DNA of 64,000 nucleotides from Bryobacterales bacterium (GTDB lineage Bacteria; Acidobacteriota; Terriglobia; Bryobacterales; UBA6623): NCBI GenBank assembly GCA_965204095.1, contig OZ241991.1, positions 806,105 to 870,104 of the forward strand, read 5' to 3'. Shown piece by piece: positions 54,136 to 63,200 of this stretch (position 1 is its first letter; each line of letters starts with the position of its first letter). The notes under the pieces were generated by a model. It saw only the letters and a program-made list of their open reading frames with translations, ran no database searches and was not told where the DNA came from. The position numbers and the translations under genes were made by a program.

Positions 54136-54404
54136 GTAGCCTGCTTGGGTTTTCGGGTCACGAAACACCTGTCTGCCAGACAGGCAGGCGAGAACGGCCT
54201 TTGGGTTTTTGGGTCACGAAACACGAATCACGAGACACGAATCACGGCTTTTAGGTTTTGGGTCACGAGACACTGCTTGTACGGCCTTTACGGTTCGTCG
54301 GCCCTCAGACGCTTCTTTCGAGAGCGAACCAGGCCGCCACCAATGGTTTTCACTAAAAACTAAAAACTGAAAACTAAAAACTGAAAACTACCCACTGCCT
54401 TTAA
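54136..54404 (+). repeat. Rep-3 composite repeat, copy 3
   Basis: gtagcctgc stub, three heptamer arrays, S module, and a T module with an expanded CTRAAAA heptamer run. Its right end overlaps the last codons of the permease gene. Confidence 0.8.
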
Positions 54405-55026
54405 CCAGCTTCTTCTCAATCAGCCCGAGGCCGAAGTCCGCGCCGAGCGCCATCAGCGCGGCCGGTACGGCTCCCAGCAGGATGAGGTTCGAGTTGACCG
54501 TTTGCAGCCCCCGGTAGATGAAATCCCCCAGGCCCCCGGCGCCGATCAGGGTCGCCACCGTGGCGACCCCGACTCCGGTCACCGTGGCCACCCGAAGCCC
54601 CGCCATGATCGTGCGGGCGGCCAGCGGCAGCTCGACCATGCGCAGGATCTGCCCGTCCGTCATGCCCATGGCCAGAGCCGCCTCCCGTACGGCGGGGTCC
54701 ACCTCCTTGATGCCCGTGTAGGTGTTCCGCACGATCGGCAGCAGCGCGTACAGCACCAGGGCGACAATGGCCGAGCGCGGCCCGATCCCGCCGATCACGG
54801 GCAGCGGGATCAGGAAGCCGAACAGCGCCAGGCTGGGGATGGTCTGCACGGCGTTGGTGAAACCCAGCACCCAGCGCTCGATCTTCGGCTGCCGGGTGAG
54901 CAGGATGCCCGCCGGAACGGCGATCGCCGCCGCGATGAACATCGCCACCCCCACCAGCCAGAAGTGTTCGCCGATGCGGGCCACAAGCTGCGGTTGGTAT
55001 TGATCGAAGATTTCGGAAAAGGTCAT
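54388..55026 (-). CDS. ABC transporter permease (osmoprotectant/choline-type, OpuCB/ProW-like)
   Basis: TNAVQTIPSLALFGFLIP, EVDPAVREAALAMGMTDGQILRMVELPLA (EAA loop). Confidence 0.8.
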   Translation of the reverse strand: MTFSEIFDQYQPQLVARIGEHFWLVGVAMFIAAAIAVPAGILLTRQPKIERWVLGFTNAVQTIPSLALFGFLIPLPVIGGIGPRSAIVALVLYALLPIVRNTYTGIKEVDPAVREAALAMGMTDGQILRMVELPLAARTIMAGLRVATVTGVGVATVATLIGAGGLGDFIYRGLQTVNSNLILLGAVPAALMALGADFGLGLIEKKLVKGSG

Positions 55027-55784
55027 GTCAGGCTCTCCCGGAAAGCGGCGATACGCGGATCGGACCCGGCCCGGAACTCGTCAGGCGTCCCCATCCAGAC
55101 GAGCTGGCCCCCGTCCATGAAGCCGATCCGGTCGCCCAGCAGCAGCGCCTCGCGCAGATCGTGCGTGACGAACAGGATCGACTTGCCGAGGGTTCCCTGG
55201 ATGGCGAGAAACTCGCGCTGGATCTCCGCGCGCGTGATCGGATCCAGCGAGCCGAAAGGCTCGTCCATCAACAGGATCGGTGGGTCGGCGGCCAGTGCCC
55301 GCGCGACACCGACCCGCTGGCGCTGCCCCCCGGAAAGCTGCTGCGGATAGCGCGCAAGAACATCCTCCGGCAGCCCGACCTTGTCGAGCAATTCACGCGT
55401 CCTCGCGTCGATCCGGTTCGCTTCCCAGCCCTCCAGCGACGGCAGCAGCGAGATGTTGCTCGCCACCGTGAAGTGCGGGAACAGGCCGACCTCCTGGATG
55501 ACGTAGCCGATCCGCCGCCGCAGCCGGATCGGGTCCCAATCGGCCGTGCGGCGGCCCTCGACAAAGACCTCGCCGGCGCTGGGCATCAGGACATGGTTGA
55601 CCAGCCGCAGCGCGGTCGTCTTGCCCGAGCCGCTCCGGCCCAGCAGAACCACCGTCTCCGCCTTCCCGACTTCGAAAGAGAGATCGCAAACCAGCGTCGC
55701 GCTCCCCACCCGGTACGTCACTTCCGACAGACGGATGGGCGCCTCACTCGACATCTCAACGCGGGTTGCCAGTCTATCACGCAA
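55023..55784 (-). CDS. ABC transporter ATP-binding protein (osmoprotectant-type, no CBS tail)
   Basis: GRSGSGKTT, LSGGQRQRVGVARALA, ILLMDEPFGSLD. 4-nt overlap with the permease. Start is 55784 or ATG 55754. No binding-protein gene in the window. Confidence 0.85.
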   Translation of the reverse strand: MRDRLATRVEMSSEAPIRLSEVTYRVGSATLVCDLSFEVGKAETVVLLGRSGSGKTTALRLVNHVLMPSAGEVFVEGRRTADWDPIRLRRRIGYVIQEVGLFPHFTVASNISLLPSLEGWEANRIDARTRELLDKVGLPEDVLARYPQQLSGGQRQRVGVARALAADPPILLMDEPFGSLDPITRAEIQREFLAIQGTLGKSILFVTHDLREALLLGDRIGFMDGGQLVWMGTPDEFRAGSDPRIAAFRESLT

Positions 55785-55872
55785 GCCGCGGCATCATGCC
55801 GCTCGCTGCTGCCGGGGAATCCTCCATTGGTCACAAATAGGCGGGAAAACTATCGTTCTTGAGCTTTTCTAG

Positions 55873-56004
55873 CAGCGTGTACACGGATACCACGGCACGT
55901 TCAACAAGATGAGTTCCAAGCACCTGGACCGCTACATCTCGGAATCCGCGGGCGATCCCCGAGGCGACCGATCACGCTCTTTCAGGTGGGACACTGAAGT
56001 CTAG
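55873..56004 (+). pseudogene. 43-codon C-terminal remnant of an IS1595-type transposase
   Basis: Reads QRVHGYHGTFNKMSSKHLDRYISESAGD...stop, resembling the ...YHGTFHK.S.KHL.RY..EF... tail of IS1595-family transposases. Preceded by an in-frame TAG. Confidence 0.4.
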
Positions 56005-56158
56005 CTGAAGAGAGGTGTCGATGCCGAGGTTGACCTGACGAGATCTTCATATCCTCGACGCTGTGTGTAGATTACTACTTTCTCACGCCGTTCACACATG
56101 CACAATTGACGACCCTGTTTGTTTCAGCTACGATCCGAAGGCGCGAAGGGTGATATCA

Positions 56159-58600
56159 ATGGAATCGCTCCGACAAAACATCAACCATGCCTCGCGTATA
56201 TTCGCTCATAAGCCCGGCTTTGCAGCAACGAGCGTCGTGCTGTTGGCCCTGGGTATCGGTGCTAACAGCGCTATTTTCAGCATTCTGAATGCCCTCGTCT
56301 TTCAAAAACTTCCTGTACGGCAGCCCGAACAGCTTGTGGAGGTTTTTGGAGTTTATCGGAACGGTTCAAAGGTACCGTTTTCGTTTCCTATGTTTGAAAA
56401 CCTTGAGCATGGACAACGAGTCTTTTCTGGACTGTTTGGATGGAGTGGGATATTTTCTTCGAATGTGGAGATTAACGGTCAGCTTTCTCTAGGGTATGTT
56501 CGTGCTGTTACAGGCAATTACTATAGCGAGTTAGGGACGACTCCTGTCCTAGGCCGATTCATACTGCCGAAAGACTTGAATACACAGGTTGCTGTACTTG
56601 GCTATGCATTTTGGGACCGCCGTTTTGGGCGCAGTCCTGACGTCATAGGAAATACGATTCGAATCGAAGGAAGGTTGTTCACGATCATCGGAGTATCTTC
56701 AAGGTGGTTTGCGGGAATGACTCCCGGCCAAACCCCTGATCTCGTGATTCCCATTACGGCAGCACCGTTTCCCCGACAGAGCCGTTCCTCACTCTGGGTG
56801 TCAGCCGGTGGCCGATTGAACCAGGATGTCACGATTGAACAAGCCAAGGCTCAACTCCAATCATTCTGGTCTGATGTCCTGATGGCTACCGTTCCGACAC
56901 AGAGCCCCGGAGAGCGTCGTGAATCGTTTCTGTCGATGAAGCTGGAGGTTGAATCAGCCGCATCGGGCGTCAAGGGGGGCCTTCGTTCCCAGTTCGTACA
57001 ACCCCTGCATCTCCTGATGGGTATTACCGGCCTGATTCTGCTTGTCCTGTGTGTGAACCTAGCGAGCCTGACATTGGCCAGCTACGCAACACGAAATCAG
57101 GAAATGGGTACACGCTTAGCACTGGGAGCGAGCCAATGGCAACTAAGCGGTCAACTATTAGCAGAGAGTCTGTTCCTGTCGGCTACTGGAGCGGTAGGCG
57201 CCCTGGTGATCGCCCATTGGGGCAGTACGCTTCTCAGCGATTTCATGTCAATAGGTGCTCTAGTTCCAGTTGTTCTCAACTTGTCACCTGATTGGCGTGT
57301 GTTCTCGTTCACTGCCAGTGTGGCGTTAGTGACTGGACTGATAATCGGCGTCACTGCGGTGTGGCAAGTATTCCATCTGCAACCGGCCTCCATATTGCAC
57401 CGGGGTCAACGCGTTCTGGGACGCAGAGTCAGAATCCTGGGTTGTGTCCTCATTGTGGCGCAGATTGCCATGTCGCTTGTCTTGCTTCATGGCGCTGGGC
57501 TTTTCCTGCGTACTTTGAAAAACTTGCGTTCGTTCGATCCGGGTTTCAGTAGAGCAGGTGTACTTCAGGTGAGTCTCTACCCTAAGCCAAAGGCGTTCGA
57601 AAAATTGAACCTGAATAGCTATCGCAAGGAACTCATCGATCGCGTCGCCAGCTTGCCGGAAGTTGGTTCGGCAGCTTTTTCAAACTTGCCCGTGCCGGTG
57701 GGTGAGAAGGGTTGGAGGGATACAGTTGTCCTTGAAAGCACGGATTTGGGCTCAAGTGTCGAGGTGATGGCGATTCTTGTTTTTGTGTCACCGGGCTTCT
57801 TTAAGACACTCGGCATTCCGCTCGCGTCGGGACGTGACTTTGATTGGACGGACAACGATGAACATCCAGGAGTAGCGATTGTCGATAGCGAGATCGCTGA
57901 GCAGATACTGCCTGCTGGCCAAGCAGTGGGTGAGAGAATCAGCTTTAGCGTACACAGCAGATTCCAGGCTCTTGAGGTCGTTGGCGTCGTGGGCGCCGCT
58001 CGACTCGTTGACTTGCGCAACGCCAATCTGCCTGTGGTGTACGTCCCCAGTCCTCAACATCGAGGGTTCAGTCAGAGAGGCAACCTTTTCGTGCGCGCGA
58101 GCCACCTAGCAGCACAGTCCGTAGAGAATGAGATTGCGTCGCTCGGATACGAGTATCCGACCAGCTTGAATACACTTGACTACACGAGCGAGCAGGCGCT
58201 TCTTCGCGAACGCGCTATTGCTGCTCTTGCAACCTTCTTCGCTATTCTTTCGTTATTACTGGCAGCTATCGGGTTGTTTGGCTTGATGTCCCACACAGTG
58301 ACCCGGCGAACGCGCGAAATCGGCATCCGCTTGGCACTCGGTTCGCAACGTCGTCACGTCTTCAGAGTAATCTTGACCGAGACACTTCTTCTCACGATCA
58401 TAGGAATCTCCGTGGGATCGCTGTGCGCATTTTGGGCCACCACCTTAGTGACGCATATGTCATTCGGTTTTGCACCTGATGATCCGCGTACGCTAGTAAT
58501 TCCTGCGATGGTATTATTCGCGATCGGGGCGGCTGCTGGATATTTGCCTGCTCGGAGGGCCATGCAGATGGATCCTCTGACAGCCTTGCGATACGAATAG
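56159..58600 (+). CDS. ADOP-family duplicated permease (MacB-like periplasmic core + FtsX, twice)
   Basis: ATG 56159: MESLRQNINHASRIFAHKPGFAATSVVLLALGIGANSAIFSILNALVF. The second FtsX half ends PARRAMQMDPLTALRYE. Lower GC (31/60 on line 56161). Confidence 0.85.
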   Translation: MESLRQNINHASRIFAHKPGFAATSVVLLALGIGANSAIFSILNALVFQKLPVRQPEQLVEVFGVYRNGSKVPFSFPMFENLEHGQRVFSGLFGWSGIFSSNVEINGQLSLGYVRAVTGNYYSELGTTPVLGRFILPKDLNTQVAVLGYAFWDRRFGRSPDVIGNTIRIEGRLFTIIGVSSRWFAGMTPGQTPDLVIPITAAPFPRQSRSSLWVSAGGRLNQDVTIEQAKAQLQSFWSDVLMATVPTQSPGERRESFLSMKLEVESAASGVKGGLRSQFVQPLHLLMGITGLILLVLCVNLASLTLASYATRNQEMGTRLALGASQWQLSGQLLAESLFLSATGAVGALVIAHWGSTLLSDFMSIGALVPVVLNLSPDWRVFSFTASVALVTGLIIGVTAVWQVFHLQPASILHRGQRVLGRRVRILGCVLIVAQIAMSLVLLHGAGLFLRTLKNLRSFDPGFSRAGVLQVSLYPKPKAFEKLNLNSYRKELIDRVASLPEVGSAAFSNLPVPVGEKGWRDTVVLESTDLGSSVEVMAILVFVSPGFFKTLGIPLASGRDFDWTDNDEHPGVAIVDSEIAEQILPAGQAVGERISFSVHSRFQALEVVGVVGAARLVDLRNANLPVVYVPSPQHRGFSQRGNLFVRASHLAAQSVENEIASLGYEYPTSLNTLDYTSEQALLRERAIAALATFFAILSLLLAAIGLFGLMSHTVTRRTREIGIRLALGSQRRHVFRVILTETLLLTIIGISVGSLCAFWATTLVTHMSFGFAPDDPRTLVIPAMVLFAIGAAAGYLPARRAMQMDPLTALRYE

Positions 58601-58736
58601 TTGCTTGCCCCGTTCCGAATCGGAGGTCAGTACATCGCAGGAGTTGTCTGCGGACATGCCGGCTGTCCAGGCGCGCTACACACTCCCGTCCTCAATACTG
58701 AGAGGCAATTCCCCGTGAAGCGGCTCTTGGTCTGCA

Positions 58737-58931
58737 TCAAGACGTCGGCGGTTCTTCGGACACGGAAAGGACACGGCGCGCAGGATAAAGCACGTAATCG
58801 CGGCCGGATGTTTCCTGCATCGCCCGAATGTCTCTGAAAATCGCCGTCACGTCATAATCGAAGCGCGCCGCGTGACGGTCCCGCACGGCCCGGAGTTCGG
58901 CGATGATGGGGTCAGCCTCTGACATCTGCAT
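58737..58931 (-). CDS. small hypothetical protein (64 aa)
   Basis: MQMSEADPIIAELRAVRDRHAARFDYDVTAIFRDIRAMQETSGRDYV. Overlaps the upstream small gene by 20 nt. Family not recognised with certainty. Confidence 0.45.
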   Translation of the reverse strand: MQMSEADPIIAELRAVRDRHAARFDYDVTAIFRDIRAMQETSGRDYVLYPARRVLSVSEEPPTS

Positions 58932-59193
58932 GATCGAACTCCGGCAGCACGTTTGACGCGCGGATGAACGGGGCGTGTAGCCGTGAAATAAAGTGGGTCT
59001 GTTCAATGGCTTGGACCAGCTTCACGAGGAATGGTTCGAGGCCAAACCGTCCGTACCCCGCTTTTAACGCGTCTTCATGAGAACAGAAGAAATCGACGGC
59101 TTCAGACTTATGGATCAGGACGTACTTGCCCTCCTGATCGGACCATCCTTCCAGGCTTTTCTGGTAGGTTGCGAGTTCTTGTTCCAGCGCCAT
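58912..59193 (-). CDS. small hypothetical protein (93 aa)
   Basis: MALEQELATYQKSLEGWSDQEGKYVLIHKSEAVDFFCSHEDALKAGYGRFGLEPFLVKLV. Globular, plausible coding statistics. Confidence 0.5.
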   Translation of the reverse strand: MALEQELATYQKSLEGWSDQEGKYVLIHKSEAVDFFCSHEDALKAGYGRFGLEPFLVKLVQAIEQTHFISRLHAPFIRASNVLPEFDHADVRG

Positions 59194-59390
59194 GACATCT
59201 GCTCCTGGAGAGGCGGTTTCAGCCTAAGAAGATTGGAATCATGCTGTCAAGCTCATCATAGCGTGGCCTCCGTTAAAAGATCTTCCACGCCCTACAAGCA
59301 GCCGGTGATTTCCGCCTCGATCGCCAACGACCGTTGCGAGACTGCGACGGCCGTTGACCAGCGACAATGAACGAAGAGGAGCAGACAGAT

Positions 59391-59684
59391 ATGCCGATGA
59401 AGAATCCGCCGCATCCGGGCCGCATCGTCCGGAAGGATTGTATCGAGGCCCTGAATCTTACTGTGACGAAGACCGCCGAACTTCTCGGAGTCACGCGCCA
59501 GGCTCTGAACAATTTGGTCAACGAAAAGGCGGGCATTTCCGCCGAAATTGCCATCCGACTGGAAAAGCTCGGATGGTCCACCGCCGACCAGTGGATGAGG
59601 TTACAGGCCGCCTACAACCTCGCCCAGGCGCGCCATAGGCAGGACCGGATCGTGGTTGAGCGCTACAAGCCGCATCCTGTCTGA
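59391..59684 (+). CDS. higA: HigA-family antitoxin (XRE-type HTH)
   Basis: MPMKNPPHPGRIVRKDCIEALNLTVTKTAELLGVTRQALNNLVNEKAGISAEIAIRLEKLGWSTADQWMRLQAAYNL. Confidence 0.85.
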   Translation: MPMKNPPHPGRIVRKDCIEALNLTVTKTAELLGVTRQALNNLVNEKAGISAEIAIRLEKLGWSTADQWMRLQAAYNLAQARHRQDRIVVERYKPHPV

Positions 59685-59822
59685 GGACTGCTTTACGGAG
59701 GGAGAGTCAATGTGTCCTCTCAACCTTCTTTCCAGCTATAAAGCACTGAGAGGAGGATGTCATGACACAGGCTGCGGCACAAGCGAGAGACAGTCGGAAG
59801 CGGGACCCGGTAAATGGGGGCG

Positions 59823-60224
59823 TTATCTGGCTGATAGGGCAGAGAGTATCTGAGTTACACTCGATGTAATTGCGGGAAGTATTAGGGAGAGCCCAAGATG
59901 GATTAAACCAAGACTTACCACGGCCATGATGGCGATATACCAGCCTCTTGGCAGCTGGGATTCAAACTTATCCATGGCCTTGTAATGAAAATAACTCATG
60001 ACATTCATGACAGTAGCCATGACCCCGAGGATTAGCACAATACGTAAAATTACCGCTATGGCCTGTAGCTCGGGGATGTTAGTTTCTTGGTAGAGTACTT
60101 GTATCGCCCCAACGACCAAGGTCCACGACGCAATTTTGAAAAGCCAGTCGGCTACTGACCAGGAACACCTAACAATTCCGACTATTGGATCGTCAATTCT
60201 ATTCTCAAAATCTTGATTGTGCAT
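59823..60224 (-). CDS. hypothetical 4-TM membrane protein, low GC
   Basis: Four hydrophobic segments (WTLVVGAIQVL, AIAVILRIVLILGVMATVMNV, WYIAIMAVVSLGLIHLGLSLILP...). 26/60 G+C on line 59941. Confidence 0.55.
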   Translation of the reverse strand: MHNQDFENRIDDPIVGIVRCSWSVADWLFKIASWTLVVGAIQVLYQETNIPELQAIAVILRIVLILGVMATVMNVMSYFHYKAMDKFESQLPRGWYIAIMAVVSLGLIHLGLSLILPAITSSVTQILSALSAR

Positions 60225-60284
60225 TTTCTAAACCGTTGGTTGGAATGGAGAAGTCATTCGGCCACGTCCACGAAAATTAGCGCA

Positions 60285-63200
60285 TCATGTACCCCTCGAA
60301 GCGATTACAACAAGTATCGCCCCGATCCTCCTCGCCGTATCCGTGAAATGCTGCACTTCCTCGGGCTTGAGCGGACGGCCGAGGATGGCGCGTTCACGGT
60401 ACGAGAGCCATTTCTTGAGAACCTGATATCCGCCGAGCTTGTAGCACCAGACGGCGGCGGGGACGTTGCGCCAGAAGGCATTGCTGTTGAGATACACGTC
60501 GAGTGTAGTCTCGCCGAGCGTGGATAGAGTGTCGCCCATCGCGGCGCGTTCGTCGGGCGTGTAGGCTCGTTCGACGATGCGGCCTTGACCAGGCATCACG
60601 GCTTCTCCCGACCCGTAATGGCCCCAGCCGGCGGTGACCGCGAAATCACTGCCTGCCATGTTGCGCCCGTGAGTTGTGGCGGGAACGGCGATAGCGGCGA
60701 TCTCCGGGCGCAATCCGCCCGTCGTGACGCCGGCCACAGGCATTTCGGAATCGAGCAGGGCTGCGAGTTCGCGTCCGTGAGCCGCTGATTCGCCGAGTGC
60801 CTCCGATGCATCGTCCACCTTGCCCTCGGGCCAGCCCGGCAGCGGGATGCGCGGCCACTCCATGCGCAGCGCCCCGGCGTTGGCCTCGCGGTAGGAGGGA
60901 TCGTGGAGGGTGACAAGGACATGGTGGAACAGGTCTTCGACGTTCACGCCGAGACGTTCGAGATAGCGTTGCGTCTCGACTGAGAGGTTTGGGCGGCGCG
61001 CACCATCGCCACCACTTCCGATGCCGTGATTGCGAAGCCAGGCAGGGAAGAAATTCGCGCTGCGTTCGATCAGATGCAGTTGGCCGATATGTTCTGTGAA
61101 ACAAGCCTGTGGTTCCGCCGCTCCCTTCCGTAGATGCTGCGCGGCGGACAGCCAAAGATTCCCCTCGAATACATGCGGCCGATAGTCGGGGCGTGGGCGA
61201 GCCAACAGTCCGTTGTCTGCCTCCCAATAGAGCCAGCGGTTGTCAAACGGGCGGTAGGTGCAACGGAGGTAAGCAGCACCGTCAGGGCCACCGCGAACAA
61301 GCCTTTCGTCGCGTACCGCGCAGGCATCTGACTGTACGGACGTGGTGTTTCTCATCGCGGCTGGATAACGCCGTGCTATTTCCTCATGGCTCAAGCTCAC
61401 ATCGAAGTAATCGGCCATACGTTCCCGGAGCCGGTCGAGGTCGACATCGATGAGGAACGTATCGCGGTCTGTCTTGACACCGGGAAACGACACCGGAAAC
61501 AGATCGGGCAGCGCCGGCCAGTCGAACCATTCCTCGCTGACCGCCATCGGCTTGAATGGCAGGTCGAGTCGAAGATCGGGCTCCAGCGCAGAATAGCCCG
61601 AATCGATTTCAGAAGCGTCGAGACTGTCCAGCAGCGCCCGCCGTCTTTCGTCAGCTCTCGCCTGATGGAAATTGCGATACAGGATACGCCCGCCTGTCGA
61701 CGGACCGGTGACGGTCCCCGATCTGGAAAGTAAAGCGATGCTGGTGCCGACCTTGATACCCGGCGATTGTCCTCGAAGCGCAAAGACCGTTTCGCTGGTC
61801 CGTCCGTCGGGCGCGTATTCCGAGATGATGCGGTCGCCGTGCAAGTTGTCGATGCGGACCGCGTCGAACGCCTCCAGGTAACGCTCCCGCATGCCCGTGA
61901 ACGACAGCCCGTCGAGCCAGGAGTAGTTGGAGATGAAGCAGATCACACCGCGTCCCGTCTTCTCGGCGATGCGCCGCTCGGCCATGCGGAAGAAGCGGAC
62001 GTAGAGGTCGTTCAGCCCCTGCCCTTCGGGCTTGCGCACCCCTTTGACCTTCCGGTAGGCTTCCGACAGCTCGCGTTCCTCGTCCACGGCCATGCCGGCG
62101 AAGCCGTTGTACGGCGGGTTGCCGAGGATCACGAGGATGGGTGTCTCCTGCTTGACGTGCTCGGCGCGTTCACGCTCTTCCTCCAGCTCGGGGAACGGCA
62201 GCGGCTTCTGAATCCTCGGCTCCCAGCCGGTCAGCGCGTTGGTGAGAAAGACGCCGGCGCGTTCGCTCCCGTCGTCCGCCAGCGGCGCGTCGAGCGACTG
62301 CATCGTGAGCCCGACCTGCAGATGAGCGACCACGAAGGGCGCGGGCATGATCTCGAAGCCGAACACGCGCTCCGCCGCCGCCTGCTTGACCCGTGCGCCG
62401 GTGAGCGCGCCGAGGCCGCGTCCTTCGAGGTTGGCGGCGATGCGGCGCAGCACCTCCGCCAGGTAGGCCCCGGTGCCGCAGCAGGGGTCGAGCACGTAGA
62501 CGTTCTCGGCCGCCAGCCCGTCCGCGATGCCGAGATCGTCCTTGAGCGCCTTGTCCACGCGGGCCACCATGTAGCGCACGACTTCGGCGGGCGTGTACCA
62601 GACGCCCAACTGCCTGCGCAGGCCGGGGTCGAAGGCTTCCAGGAACGGCTCGTAGAAATAGGGCACCGCCTCGCCCTCGTTGAACTTCGAGAAGAAGGCG
62701 GCGCGGTCCACGCGGTCGAGCGCGCCGGCGGTCCAGTCCAGCACCTCGACGAGGCCGAGCGGTTGCAGGCGGCCGGGATCGGAAAGCTGCTGGAACAGCG
62801 CCCGCAGCACCGGCGCGCGCAGGTGCCAGACCGCCGTGCGCCAGTCGAATGTGCTGGCCGGCGGCGGCAACTGCCGCGCCCACAGCACCCAGGCGGAGAA
62901 GACGCCGTAGAACAGCGTCTGCACCAGGGTCGAGTGAAAGAACCGCGCGCCCTTCTCGCCCTCGAAGCGCACCCCCAGGGCTTCTTCCAGCGCCGAACGC
63001 ACCGCCGTCAATGACGGCGCGTCGCCCGCCGCCTCGACCCGCGCCAGTCCGTCGCGGGCATACGAGGCCAGTAGCCAGGCCAGGTCCCTCGGCTCGGCCA
63101 GCGCCGCCCGGTGCGACAGCACGCGGGCGAGATACTCGCCCAGTCCCGCGCCGGCCTTGCGGGCGAAGGCGCGCGGTTTGTCCAGCCCGCGCTGGAAGTC

